A DNA stretch of 41,176 bases, from IMG/VR virus record IMGVR_UViG_3300022930_000011, positions 1 to 41,176 of that record; one strand, given 5' to 3'. The DNA is from a virus (lineage: Duplodnaviria; Caudoviricetes). Below the pieces are notes generated by a model. It had not been told where the DNA came from. It searched no databases and saw nothing but the letters and a program-made list of their open reading frames with translations. Positions 8,633 to 17,008 of the stretch are shown here, in pieces; position 1 is the first letter of the stretch; each line of letters starts with the position of its first letter. The translations under genes and the position numbers were made by a program.

Positions 8633-8809
8633 TTATCTTTTAAAATCAGGTATTTCAATAATCATAAACTCCTCTGTTTTCTCAAATAATTGAGATGCTA
8701 TTTCATTAGCCGTTTCATAATTAGAAAACACTAAAGATCTTTCAGCATAGCCATAAAGAACTTTTTTTGTTTTTAAATCTATTATAAAATAATTTTTAAT
8801 TTCTTTCAT
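8633..8809 (-). CDS. Hypothetical protein (58 aa)
   Basis: Manual translation MKEIKNYFIIDLKTKKVLYGY...EIPDFKR. Confidence 0.6.
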   Translation of the reverse strand: MKEIKNYFIIDLKTKKVLYGYAERSLVFSNYETANEIASQLFEKTEEFMIIEIPDFKR

Positions 8810-8822
8810 TTCGTTTTAATTT

Positions 8823-8840
8823 GCCCCCGTTTCCGAGGGC
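8823..8840 (-). promoter_or_regulatory. GC-rich GNRA-tetraloop hairpin with no U tract in the sense direction
   Basis: GCCCUCG-GAAA-CGGGGGC in an AT-rich intergenic region. Confidence 0.6.
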
Positions 8841-8888
8841 GTTATTTTAAAGTTTTTTTATTACCACAGTCTTGAAAATAGACATCGT

Positions 8889-9044
8889 TTAAATTTTATT
8901 TATTTGGAAGTTGTGAATTACTTTTTTCACTTTGTATACATCATCATTGACTATTACCGTTTCTCCCTTGATTGGTGTCCTGTCGGTTCCCAAATCATCA
9001 AATATATTTATTCCTGTTTCGTGATCTTCGTAAGTTACGTACAT
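8889..9044 (-). CDS. Hypothetical protein (51 aa)
   Basis: Manual translation MYVTYEDHETGINIFDDLGTDRTPIKGETVIVNDDVYKVKKVIHNFQINKI. Confidence 0.6.
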   Translation of the reverse strand: MYVTYEDHETGINIFDDLGTDRTPIKGETVIVNDDVYKVKKVIHNFQINKI

Positions 9045-9047
9045 AAT

Positions 9048-9215
9048 CTATCTTGTTTGAGTTCCATCGAATTTAGTGAAGTGATTATCTGATACTCTTT
9101 GCGAAAACTTAGAATTTTCTCTTTCTATTTCATTCTGAACGTACATCATTGCGTTTCTCACCGTAGAACCTTGTCCAATGTATCTTCTTACTTTTGCTTT
9201 TTGAAAAATTGTCAT
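9048..9215 (-). CDS. Hypothetical protein (55 aa)
   Basis: Manual translation MTIFQKAKVRRYIGQGSTVRNAMM... Confidence 0.6.
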   Translation of the reverse strand: MTIFQKAKVRRYIGQGSTVRNAMMYVQNEIERENSKFSQRVSDNHFTKFDGTQTR

Positions 9216-9226
9216 AATATTAATTA

Positions 9227-9643
9227 TTAAAGGTTTATTTTTATTTGATTTGGTTTTGCCATATAAACAGTACCTGTTATCTCAGAATTATTTCTTCCCA
9301 AAGCGTCACGAAGATTATTGATGATAATTGAATCATTCAAACCTGTATCTATTCTTTCTTCAATAGTTTTTCTGATAACATCTCCAAAAGAAGCATAGTG
9401 AGAAAAATTAGCTTCCAAAATAAATGGATTTGAAAAAGATAATTCACATTCCATAATTACAGATCCGTAAGTTTTACAAACTTCTACGTTATCAGAAAAG
9501 TAAACAAATTCAGTTTCCCCAGAATCAGCATAAGAATCTTTAAAGAATTTACCGTTAGCGGCAGTATAACCATTACCTCTTGCTTTTATTTTAAATTCAT
9601 TAATCAATTCTGATGTTCCGTGAAAAGCTGTAACTGTTGTCAT
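9227..9643 (-). CDS. Putative ADP-ribosyltransferase, ART-PolyVal-like (138 aa)
   Basis: FHGT...F...VYFS....CKTYG..IMEC-L...NP...DSIII...PNQIK matches the ART-PolyVal layout as I recall it; start at ATG 9643 because a promoter lies at 9690. Confidence 0.65.
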   Translation of the reverse strand: MTTVTAFHGTSELINEFKIKARGNGYTAANGKFFKDSYADSGETEFVYFSDNVEVCKTYGSVIMECELSFSNPFILEANFSHYASFGDVIRKTIEERIDTGLNDSIIINNLRDALGRNNSEITGTVYMAKPNQIKINL

Positions 9644-9689
9644 AATATTTAAGTTTAGCGATAATAACTTCGTTGTTGTTATCTGTGTA

Positions 9690-9740
9690 CAAATATACAA
9701 CTATATTATAATTACGCAATAGTATAATTAAACTTTAACA
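9690..9740 (-). promoter_or_regulatory. Early promoter with upstream TGTTAAAGTTT box
   Basis: TATATTTG 9690-9697; TTG 9717-9719 (19-nt spacer); box 9730-9740; 19-bp identity with 18569-18587. Confidence 0.8.
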
Positions 9741-9791
9741 TTTAATTTTCAAGTATTTTTCTATGTGGTGGAAATTACGCCAGCAAATAGG

Positions 9792-10439
9792 TTATTTATA
9801 AATACCGATTTCAAGGTTGAATTTTTTACGTAAATCAACTCTTTCTTCGGTAGTAAAAATTCTATCTTGTAATTTTAACCACTTCAGTATGCCTCTTGCT
9901 TTCGATATTGCTATTTGAATTTCGTGAATACTTATATTAATCGATTTAAGGCTTTTTAACGAGTTCAAATATTCTAAATATACTTTACCATACAATTTAA
10001 TAATTCCTTCCTGATATCTTATCGTATCGCCTGATTTCCACATATTGGAATGTTCTGATTGATTCCATATGTTTTCAAGGTGGAATCTTAATGTTTGATT
10101 CGCTCCTATCGATATGTAATGACCTGCATTTCTTTTTCCTTCCATTGTGCCTGTAGCTATGCAGGGATGGCCTTTGTCAATTTCTCTGACAATAGCGTTA
10201 ATTTCTTTTTGCAAATCATTTTTCCAATCCGAAAGCGTTTTCAATTTTTCACGCAAAACTTTAGTTTCTTCCCTCGATTTCTTTTGCTTGGAAACTTTCA
10301 CTTTTTCCATCGCTTTTTTGATCAGAATGTTTTTAGATTCATTCCCTGCTTCTTTACATTCTGGAGTGGATTCGCAGTATCGGTAGTTGAAAATCTTTGC
10401 GGTAAATTTGGTTCGGCAGTTTTTACAGTTGTAGATCAT
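9792..10439 (-). CDS. ninG: NinG/Rap-family recombination endonuclease
   Basis: N-terminal CKNC...YC...C; LQKEINAIVREID..HPCI; AGHYISIGA...LRF...NI. Confidence 0.85.
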   Translation of the reverse strand: MIYNCKNCRTKFTAKIFNYRYCESTPECKEAGNESKNILIKKAMEKVKVSKQKKSREETKVLREKLKTLSDWKNDLQKEINAIVREIDKGHPCIATGTMEGKRNAGHYISIGANQTLRFHLENIWNQSEHSNMWKSGDTIRYQEGIIKLYGKVYLEYLNSLKSLKSINISIHEIQIAISKARGILKWLKLQDRIFTTEERVDLRKKFNLEIGIYK

Positions 10440-11158
10440 TAGAATAATTTTGATTGATTTTTAAATTCAGCATATCTTTTTTCCTGAATATCGAAATACT
10501 CTTTTTCAATTTCACAAGCTATAAATTCTTTCACATATCCATCGAAAGAAATTCTATCGCTCCCGGAACCATTATGACCGCAAAATATTTTTTTATTTAA
10601 CAAATCAAAGTCAAGTGCAATTCTCTTGTATAGAAGAGTAGGTTTATGGCACGGATGAAGTCTTTTTTCGTTTAGTTTTTTATTTCCTTGCTGGCTCATC
10701 GGATTTTGTAAACTTTCTGCCTGCATCATTCCAGCCCAAAGCAAATTTATCTCTTGAGTGTGTTCGATGGAACTGCAGTAAGCCATTTCGTAGTCTTTAA
10801 AACTCATTCCTTCTGCAACTCCCTTGTTCCATTTTATCCTGCCGTTTCCAAGTCCAATCCAATCAACATATTCGACCCCAAAAATTATTTGGTTCTTGCT
10901 TATCCGTACCATTTCGTCAAAATATTCTTGTGTTGGTGGCTTTATGTCCCATTCTTTCTGCGTGTAAACTTTTTTGCTTTTGTTTGGATTAGACTTTGTC
11001 CCATTCTTTTGCGTTACAAGCGTGTTTGTTTCTTTCAGGAAAGCCATTTTTCCTACATTTATTCCGTAAGGAACATCATCAATTACCCAATCGAAATATT
11101 TGTCGGGATAATTTTTGGTTACTTTTCGCCAATCGTAGTTGTAAACTTTACTTATCAT
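10439..11158 (-). CDS. DNA methyltransferase (N4-C/N6-A, beta class) with variant motifs
   Basis: DVPYGI catalytic motif, HPCHKP, CGHNGSGS AdoMet motif; ATG at 11158 preferred over the upstream start at 11269. Confidence 0.8.
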   Translation of the reverse strand: MISKVYNYDWRKVTKNYPDKYFDWVIDDVPYGINVGKMAFLKETNTLVTQKNGTKSNPNKSKKVYTQKEWDIKPPTQEYFDEMVRISKNQIIFGVEYVDWIGLGNGRIKWNKGVAEGMSFKDYEMAYCSSIEHTQEINLLWAGMMQAESLQNPMSQQGNKKLNEKRLHPCHKPTLLYKRIALDFDLLNKKIFCGHNGSGSDRISFDGYVKEFIACEIEKEYFDIQEKRYAEFKNQSKLF

Positions 11159-11159
11159 T

Positions 11160-11660
11160 TTAATCTGTATAAGCAATATAAATAAAAGAATGCTCTGTGA
11201 AATACTCAAACCTACCTCCAAAAGTTCCTTGTACATCTTTGTTCTCAGAAATACTTTTTCTTGTTTCACTACCTTTTGGAAACACTCCTTTTACTTTCAT
11301 AGAAGAATTTGAATGGCTTAACCTAACAACGATTAGTTTTTCTGCATATACTTTTCCTCTAAACATTTCCTCGAATTTTTTATTAAATTCATCTTGCTTT
11401 GCCTGACGTTCGTAATAATCATCATGCATCTGTTTGTTTCCAAATCCATTGTATGAATTTTTATAAACTTGCTCTTGTTGATGATTTTGTTCTTCGTGTC
11501 CGTCCCAACCACATTCGGGACAATATTCTCTTGAAGTTTCACAATATGAGCAAGGAGGGCTTATATGGCAACTACAACCATAGTCTGAATCGTGTTCTTG
11601 AATTATCCCTTTGCAATTATCTCTATTGCAAGTTTCGCCTTTTGTATATCCTTCTTCCAT
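11160..11660 (-). CDS. Cys-rich hypothetical protein (166 aa)
   Basis: CNRDNC, CSCHISPPCSYC, CPECG; C-terminal GTFGGRF. Confidence 0.8.
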   Translation of the reverse strand: MEEGYTKGETCNRDNCKGIIQEHDSDYGCSCHISPPCSYCETSREYCPECGWDGHEEQNHQQEQVYKNSYNGFGNKQMHDDYYERQAKQDEFNKKFEEMFRGKVYAEKLIVVRLSHSNSSMKVKGVFPKGSETRKSISENKDVQGTFGGRFEYFTEHSFIYIAYTD

Positions 11661-11664
11661 AATT

Positions 11665-11823
11665 TTATTTTATTAATATTCCAAACTCAATATAGTCTAT
11701 CTTATCGGAAAGTGTTAGTATTTCTTTGTCGTAATCTTCTGTTTTGTCAATGCATCTTTTTACCTTTAGGGCGTTTAATCTTGTCTTTAGTTCGGATAGG
11801 GTGTCAGGTTGCTTTTTTGCCAT
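11665..11823 (-). CDS. Hypothetical protein (52 aa)
   Basis: Manual translation MAKKQPDTLSELKTRLNALKVKRC... Confidence 0.55.
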   Translation of the reverse strand: MAKKQPDTLSELKTRLNALKVKRCIDKTEDYDKEILTLSDKIDYIEFGILIK

Positions 11824-11968
11824 TGTTTTGTCTTCTGAATATTACACTCGATATTGCCAAAACATTGTTTGACGGATTCTTTATCTGTCCCCTGATGTGT
11901 TTTCTTGCCCATTCCGAAACGTGTAATTCTGTTCTTATAAAATTAATCAATCTTTCTTCTTCTGTCAT
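11804..11968 (-). CDS. Hypothetical protein (54 aa)
   Basis: Manual translation MTEEERLINFIRTELHVSEWARKHIRG... Confidence 0.55.
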   Translation of the reverse strand: MTEEERLINFIRTELHVSEWARKHIRGQIKNPSNNVLAISSVIFRRQNNGKKAT

Positions 11969-11979
11969 AATTTTTTGTT

Positions 11980-13782
11980 TTAAAATGGAACGTCATTATT
12001 TTCTTCATAAGGTTCTCCAAATGCATCTTTTGCATCAATCTTTGGCAATTCTTTTAATTCCTGATGAGGCTCTATAAATTCATCTATAAGGCAATGGGTT
12101 GGCGGTTGAGTGCCTAATTCATAATAACGACCGCTCGGCAAGTGGTATTCAAATTCCTGAGAACCTCCTATTTCGCCCTGAAATTTCATTTTTGTCTTTA
12201 GGTTTTCGAAAACTGTCTTTGCATCGTTTTCCTCATTCCCGAAATAACGGTAAACGCTAAACCCATCGTGCGTCTGGTTTCTGAAATCAGAACTTCCCGA
12301 AACATCGTAAAGGGTTGGGGAATTGTAAAAACCATCAGAACCCTTTTGCATTTTTGTAGGGTGTGCAACCAAGAAAATTATGACATTGTGCATTTGGCTA
12401 AACATCGTTAATTTTGTAAGAACCTCGTTTATCTGGTCAAGCTTGTTTCCTTTTTTGTCGAATCCCAATTTATTGAATGCGTCAATAACAAAGATATCAA
12501 TCCCGTAATTAAACATCTGCTCCTTGAATTTTTCAAATAGCCAATCCCAAGTTGGGAATTCACCATTTTCCGTGCCCGTTAGATATATTTTTTCTTCAGC
12601 CCATTCTTGGTAACGTGAAATATCCTCTTTTGAAATTCTGGGACATCCAGGATTATCGTAAAAGAAATTCTTTGCAAAAACCTTTTCAATGAATGTCGTG
12701 TGGTGCAACTCAAAAGGATGATGTTCAGGACTAAAAAAAGACGCTTTCATCTTGTAATCTTTTATCAGGTTCAAAACATACCACTCCGTGAAATTTGACT
12801 TCCCGTGTGATGGTATTCCAGTTCCTGTAACCAAGTGCCCCCTCATAACGGAAAATACGTTTTTAAGATTCCCAAAGCAATGATGTTTCGGATATATTGT
12901 TTCCGGAATACCGTTTTCGTAAAGATTTATTATTCCATCCATTACGTCAGATACCTTGAAAGTTCCCGAAACTGGGTATTTTTGTGTCTTGTATGCGGTT
13001 TTTTCAAGAACACCGTTTATCAAGTCATCGTTTGCGTCTTTTCCATCAAACAATACCCTTTCGCATCTGTACCTTCCAAGTCGCTGCGCAATCTTTTCTG
13101 CAACCTCATTTCCTTTTTCGTCATTGTCGGTAGCCACATAAAACCTCTTAATGTCTTTGATATACTTTTCAGAATTCAGCCAGTAATTGTCATTGTCATT
13201 TGCCCCGTTCGGAACTGAAATTACATTTTTAATTCCAATTTCGTAAAATGCAAGAACATCAAATTCTCCCTCGACTATGTAGCATTCATCTTGACCGATT
13301 ATTGAATTTATGTTGTAAAATATTGACTTGGCATTTTTACTCTGCGTAAATGATTTTCCTTTACCCCTATATTTTTTGTTCACAACGGTATCCCCCTCGA
13401 AATAGTTGAAAACCAAATTATCAACTTCTGAATTTAATTTCGGCTGATAAAACAATTCTTGGGTTATTCCCAAATTCATCAATGTGCTTTGGCTTATTTT
13501 TCGTGCCTCACATCCCTTTACAAAAGTATCAGAAATGTTGGTGTAGTTTTTCCAAGTCTGAACGGGCAATGTATAATCTGTTTTTTCAATTGATCTTTCA
13601 ATGTTGTCACGGAAAAACAGTCCCTCGCAATGAAAACACTTTCCTACGCCTGAATTAAAATTGATGTAAAGTGATTTGTCTGTTTTGTTTTTTCTTTCAT
13701 CGGTACAAATTGGACATTTTACTTTTGCAGTTCCTGAAACCTTATTCGTTTGAATCAAATTCCAATCGTGTATATTTTTCAT
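11980..13782 (-). CDS. Bifunctional DNA primase-helicase (T7 gp4/Twinkle-like)
   Basis: Zn finger CPIC...CFHC; TOPRIM IVEGEFD, SVPNG, DNDEKG, KDAND; SF4 helicase GIPSHGKS, LVAHP, DVSGS. Confidence 0.93.
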   Translation of the reverse strand: MKNIHDWNLIQTNKVSGTAKVKCPICTDERKNKTDKSLYINFNSGVGKCFHCEGLFFRDNIERSIEKTDYTLPVQTWKNYTNISDTFVKGCEARKISQSTLMNLGITQELFYQPKLNSEVDNLVFNYFEGDTVVNKKYRGKGKSFTQSKNAKSIFYNINSIIGQDECYIVEGEFDVLAFYEIGIKNVISVPNGANDNDNYWLNSEKYIKDIKRFYVATDNDEKGNEVAEKIAQRLGRYRCERVLFDGKDANDDLINGVLEKTAYKTQKYPVSGTFKVSDVMDGIINLYENGIPETIYPKHHCFGNLKNVFSVMRGHLVTGTGIPSHGKSNFTEWYVLNLIKDYKMKASFFSPEHHPFELHHTTFIEKVFAKNFFYDNPGCPRISKEDISRYQEWAEEKIYLTGTENGEFPTWDWLFEKFKEQMFNYGIDIFVIDAFNKLGFDKKGNKLDQINEVLTKLTMFSQMHNVIIFLVAHPTKMQKGSDGFYNSPTLYDVSGSSDFRNQTHDGFSVYRYFGNEENDAKTVFENLKTKMKFQGEIGGSQEFEYHLPSGRYYELGTQPPTHCLIDEFIEPHQELKELPKIDAKDAFGEPYEENNDVPF

Positions 13783-14495
13783 TGTAAAATATCTCTTTTT
13801 GCCGGATGACTATTTTTTTTAATCGGCTTATCTTGTTTGTTTAGCCAATTTATAAAATGAGTGCAATATTCAGTTTTATTGTTTTTAAAATCAAACTGAA
13901 CATTCAGCATATCGTTATATGATTTTAGAAAATTTTTAACCATTTCAACGTTTAGTTTTTTCAAAGACTGCATAGCTGTACTTTCTATCCATTGTTCAGA
14001 AATTGAAAGTTCAAAATAAATTAAATCATTTTTAGTTGGTTTATTTTCTATTTCTGTTTTAGTTTCTTTTTCTTTTATATTTCCTTTCTTTTCTATTTGG
14101 TTCACTATAGGCTTATCATTATTTTCAAAAAGGCTTTCAATAGGCTTCACTATAGGCTTCTTTGGAGGCTTACTTTTTACCCCTCCTTTTGCTCCGCCTC
14201 GAACTAAATTTAACCTACTTTCGCAACTTGGAATAAACAATAATTCGCCTTTAATTTCGGTCAAGCCAAGAATTGACAATTTTCCTAAAATTGATTTTAA
14301 ATCATCTATGCTTACGGCAAATTTTCTGCTCCAAACATCTAACTTAATTTCAGTCTTATTGTCGTTAAGCATAGCTAAATCTATCAATTCACGGTATAAT
14401 CCACGTTCTGACAAATTAAGCTCAAAAACGCTTTCAGAATTACCCCAGTCTTTTGGATACCAAGTGTATCCAAGCTTAGACATCTTGCACCCCAC
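13779..14495 (-). CDS. Putative replication initiator / helicase loader
   Basis: YTWYPKDW...L-LSERGLYRELID N-terminus (DUF1376-like), K/E-rich linker, HFINWL C-terminus; directly upstream of the primase-helicase. Confidence 0.7.
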   Translation of the reverse strand: MGCKMSKLGYTWYPKDWGNSESVFELNLSERGLYRELIDLAMLNDNKTEIKLDVWSRKFAVSIDDLKSILGKLSILGLTEIKGELLFIPSCESRLNLVRGGAKGGVKSKPPKKPIVKPIESLFENNDKPIVNQIEKKGNIKEKETKTEIENKPTKNDLIYFELSISEQWIESTAMQSLKKLNVEMVKNFLKSYNDMLNVQFDFKNNKTEYCTHFINWLNKQDKPIKKNSHPAKRDILQ

Positions 14496-14709
14496 TTTCT
14501 AAAAAAGATATTTGTTTTTTCAATTCTCTGTGAAACTTAATAGCTGTTTCTCTGTTTAATTGAATTACATTAGGATAACCATTTTGGTTAAAATTTGGAT
14601 CAAAAATAGTTATTGATACTTTATTTTGCATATTAGCAAAAACCTCTAACTGATTTTCTTCTGTTGAAGTATTAACAGAACCTTTAAAAATAATGCTGAC
14701 ATCTGCCAT
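14476..14709 (-). CDS. Hypothetical protein (77 aa), first gene of the replication operon
   Basis: ORF track; immediately downstream of leader element 1. Confidence 0.75.
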   Translation of the reverse strand: MADVSIIFKGSVNTSTEENQLEVFANMQNKVSITIFDPNFNQNGYPNVIQLNRETAIKFHRELKKQISFLESGVQDV

Positions 14710-14752
14710 AATTTGTGAATGTTTATTTTAAAACAAACAAAATAATAAGTTT

Positions 14753-14848
14753 AAAAAAAGAAGTGCTACAAGTCAAAAGCTTCTCACGGTCTTTATCATT
14801 GTAGCACTTATGCTATACTGTTGCTTAGTATTTTGTGAGAAGTAAGCA
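14753..14848 (-). ncRNA. Putative structured leader RNA / attenuator (kissing-loop terminator) 1
   Basis: Stem 14822-14827/14843-14848; terminator stem 14761-14771/14799-14809 plus U7; loops complementary over 8 nt (CUUCUCAC/GUGAGAAG). Confidence 0.7.
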
Positions 14849-14853
14849 TTACA

Positions 14854-14884
14854 CAAATTTACAATAATATTCCTAAATAACAAC
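14854..14884 (-). promoter_or_regulatory. Promoter of the replication operon
   Basis: TAAATTTG 14854-14861; GTTG 14881-14884 (19-nt spacer). Confidence 0.7.
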
Positions 14885-15123
14885 TAAAGCATATGATTTA
14901 TTTTGCTTTCGTAGATGTGGAATGTTTGGCTGACGTAAATTTTTATGACTTCGGTTTCTTTTTTGAAAAAATCCTTGTCTTTTTTAATACCCAGCCTTTC
15001 AGCACGATGTGAAATAGAAAATATCGTTCTGTTAATCATTGTGGATATTTGCTGCGCAGTAAGTGTTGGGTAATACTCCCTTAAAATTTTATCTTCTAAG
15101 GGAGAATATTTACTTCCAGCCAT
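14884..15123 (-). CDS. Small Myb/HTH-like protein (79 aa)
   Basis: YS-LED-ILREYYP....QIS-MINRT..SI..RA-RLGIKK pattern. Confidence 0.7.
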   Translation of the reverse strand: MAGSKYSPLEDKILREYYPTLTAQQISTMINRTIFSISHRAERLGIKKDKDFFKKETEVIKIYVSQTFHIYESKINHML

Positions 15124-15476
15124 CAGAACGGCAAATTTTCGTCCTCTTCTACAAATGTATGAGCCGATTCAGAAGGCTGTGTTGAGGTATTAACGGTTTG
15201 TTTTGTATCACTCAAGGATTCTATACGCCATCCGTTAAGACTACAATAATATTTACCATTGTATTCATTTCCTCGAATATTTATACCAACCTTGACTTCG
15301 CTGCCAATCTTGTAATTGTCTAGAATAGAGGTTTTGTCTTGTACGAAATCAATAGGTATTTTTTGAGAATATTGCTCCTCGGTCTCTACGACTAAAAGCC
15401 TTTTTTTAAATGTTCCTGCGCTTCCTACCGTTTCTGTTTGTCCGATATGGATAATTTTTCCTGTAATCTCACTCAT
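15123..15476 (-). CDS. DUF3127-family OB-fold ssDNA-binding-like protein
   Basis: EITGKI...FKKR..V...EQY-Q-IPIDF-QDK...INIRGNEYNGKYY-SL-GWRI and an acidic tail ending LPF. Confidence 0.88.
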   Translation of the reverse strand: MSEITGKIIHIGQTETVGSAGTFKKRLLVVETEEQYSQKIPIDFVQDKTSILDNYKIGSEVKVGINIRGNEYNGKYYCSLNGWRIESLSDTKQTVNTSTQPSESAHTFVEEDENLPF

Positions 15477-15496
15477 TTTTGTTTATTTATTAATTG

Positions 15497-15910
15497 TTAA
15501 AAATACTGTTCAATTTCTTCTTCAATTTCTTCTTTGCCGAATTTAAAATACTTAATTATAGTATCTATGAATGCGCTGTAAAGGTCGCTAAATTCCTCTT
15601 CAGTCATACTCGCAAATGAAATGCTTTTTGCTTCTGTTATTTCCTCTCCGTGCAATCCGTAGCGTGTTTCGTAGAATCCTGAAGCAATGGTCAAATCTTT
15701 TCGTAAGTGGTCGATATTATTATACTGTTCTTGATTCTGAAATACTAAGTTAATTAAGGCGAAAAATTTTTTTAAGAACTTATAATTCCTCGGTTTCTTG
15801 TAGGTAAAAACAAAAGGCTCGTTCAATGCAATCTTCTTTGATTTTTCCAAGTCAGATTCATACGCTGGCTTAAACGAGCCGTTCATAGTTTTTATTAGGC
15901 ATATTTCCAT
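15497..15910 (-). CDS. DUF1367/NinB-like protein
   Basis: RNYKF-KKFFAL...AKSISFASM-EEEF-DLY. Confidence 0.8.
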   Translation of the reverse strand: MEICLIKTMNGSFKPAYESDLEKSKKIALNEPFVFTYKKPRNYKFLKKFFALINLVFQNQEQYNNIDHLRKDLTIASGFYETRYGLHGEEITEAKSISFASMTEEEFSDLYSAFIDTIIKYFKFGKEEIEEEIEQYF

Positions 15911-16527
15911 TAGAACTGTCGGTTATCAATCAAGTATTTCACGAATTCATCCCTTAATATGGTCGCCTCTTCAATCCTGGACTTCATCAATTCAATCACT
16001 TTATCGTCACGATTTATTTTGATTTCGTGCCACATTTCATTTCCGTTAAAAATGCAGTAATTGAAGAAACTGGTATAATCTGAATTTGAGCAAAGCATCT
16101 GCATTTGCATCTGGTCAAGATAAGTCTTGTCAATTTCAGATTCCCCCAACGCAACAAGTCTAAAGAATTTATTAGGTCTCGGGCATTTTATTTCCAAATT
16201 TCCATTGTCGTCGATCAATCCATCGGGACTTGCCCCCGCATTATCGCCTAAGGGCATAAAATAAGCCTCTTTAACCGACTTAAACTCCATTTCCTTGAGT
16301 TCGGTAAACTTCCTGAAAGCCAATGGCTCTAAAGCTATACCACGCTGCATATCGTGAGAAATAAAATTTTCTTCTTCGTCAATACCATAAACCAATTCGC
16401 AAGCCATTTCAAAGGCGTAGGTTTCCCCGGTTTTACCTAATCCCCTAACTCCCATTAATTCCGAAATCCTAGAAGCCGTGAACCTACCTTTTCGCATATC
16501 GAACCATTCCTTACTGCGCTGTTCCAT
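15910..16527 (-). CDS. YqaJ/lambda-exonuclease family protein
   Basis: QRS-EW...R-GRFTAS, MQRG..LEP, GASPDG, EIKCP, QMQMQM. Confidence 0.92.
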   Translation of the reverse strand: MEQRSKEWFDMRKGRFTASRISELMGVRGLGKTGETYAFEMACELVYGIDEEENFISHDMQRGIALEPLAFRKFTELKEMEFKSVKEAYFMPLGDNAGASPDGLIDDNGNLEIKCPRPNKFFRLVALGESEIDKTYLDQMQMQMLCSNSDYTSFFNYCIFNGNEMWHEIKINRDDKVIELMKSRIEEATILRDEFVKYLIDNRQF

Positions 16528-17008
16528 ATTCTAAATATTTTTGGTACATTTCTTCGGTTATGGTATAGGCTTTTTCGATTTGTTCCCTTGTCGCATTTGC
16601 CTTTTTTGCGTTTTCAAAACGGTCTTCTGTAAATTCAGGTTTTTGTTTTTCCCTTGGTTGAATATTTCTTATTCTCACTCCTTGTGTCAGTCCTCCTGAA
16701 ACCGCTTTAACGTTTTCCTCAATGTAAAGTTCGACAAGCACATTGTTCCAGTCCTCAACAAAAGAACTCCCGGTAAACTGCTTTATTATTTTTCCATTAG
16801 TGGCATTAACTACCAAAGGCTTTATCTTTTCTTTGAAGTAAGCTATGTTGTGGTCACCTTTTTTTCCTGCTACCTTAACGCCTCTTTCTTGAACTGCGTG
16901 AGATATTGTGAAAATCAATGATTTTCCTTGTTCTATAAAATCTTCCAAATCTGCAGAACCTAAGTGATCGCTTTTAAATACTGCCCTGTAATGATGTTTA
17001 TCGCTCAT
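16511..17008 (-). CDS. Conserved phage protein next to the exonuclease; candidate single-strand annealing / recombination partner
   Basis: Occupies the usual annealing-protein position; HLGSADL...KPLVVNATN...FVEDW...GVRIR. Function is inferred from position only. Confidence 0.55.
   Translation of the reverse strand: MSDKHHYRAVFKSDHLGSADLEDFIEQGKSLIFTISHAVQERGVKVAGKKGDHNIAYFKEKIKPLVVNATNGKIIKQFTGSSFVEDWNNVLVELYIEENVKAVSGGLTQGVRIRNIQPREKQKPEFTEDRFENAKKANATREQIEKAYTITEEMYQKYLEYGTAQ

Noticed and set aside
9644-9700. N-terminal extension of the ART-like ORF (and similar upstream starts at 4867, 8658, 11269, 36746)
   Set aside because: The extensions start in promoters or inside upstream genes; downstream ATGs fit the gene packing better
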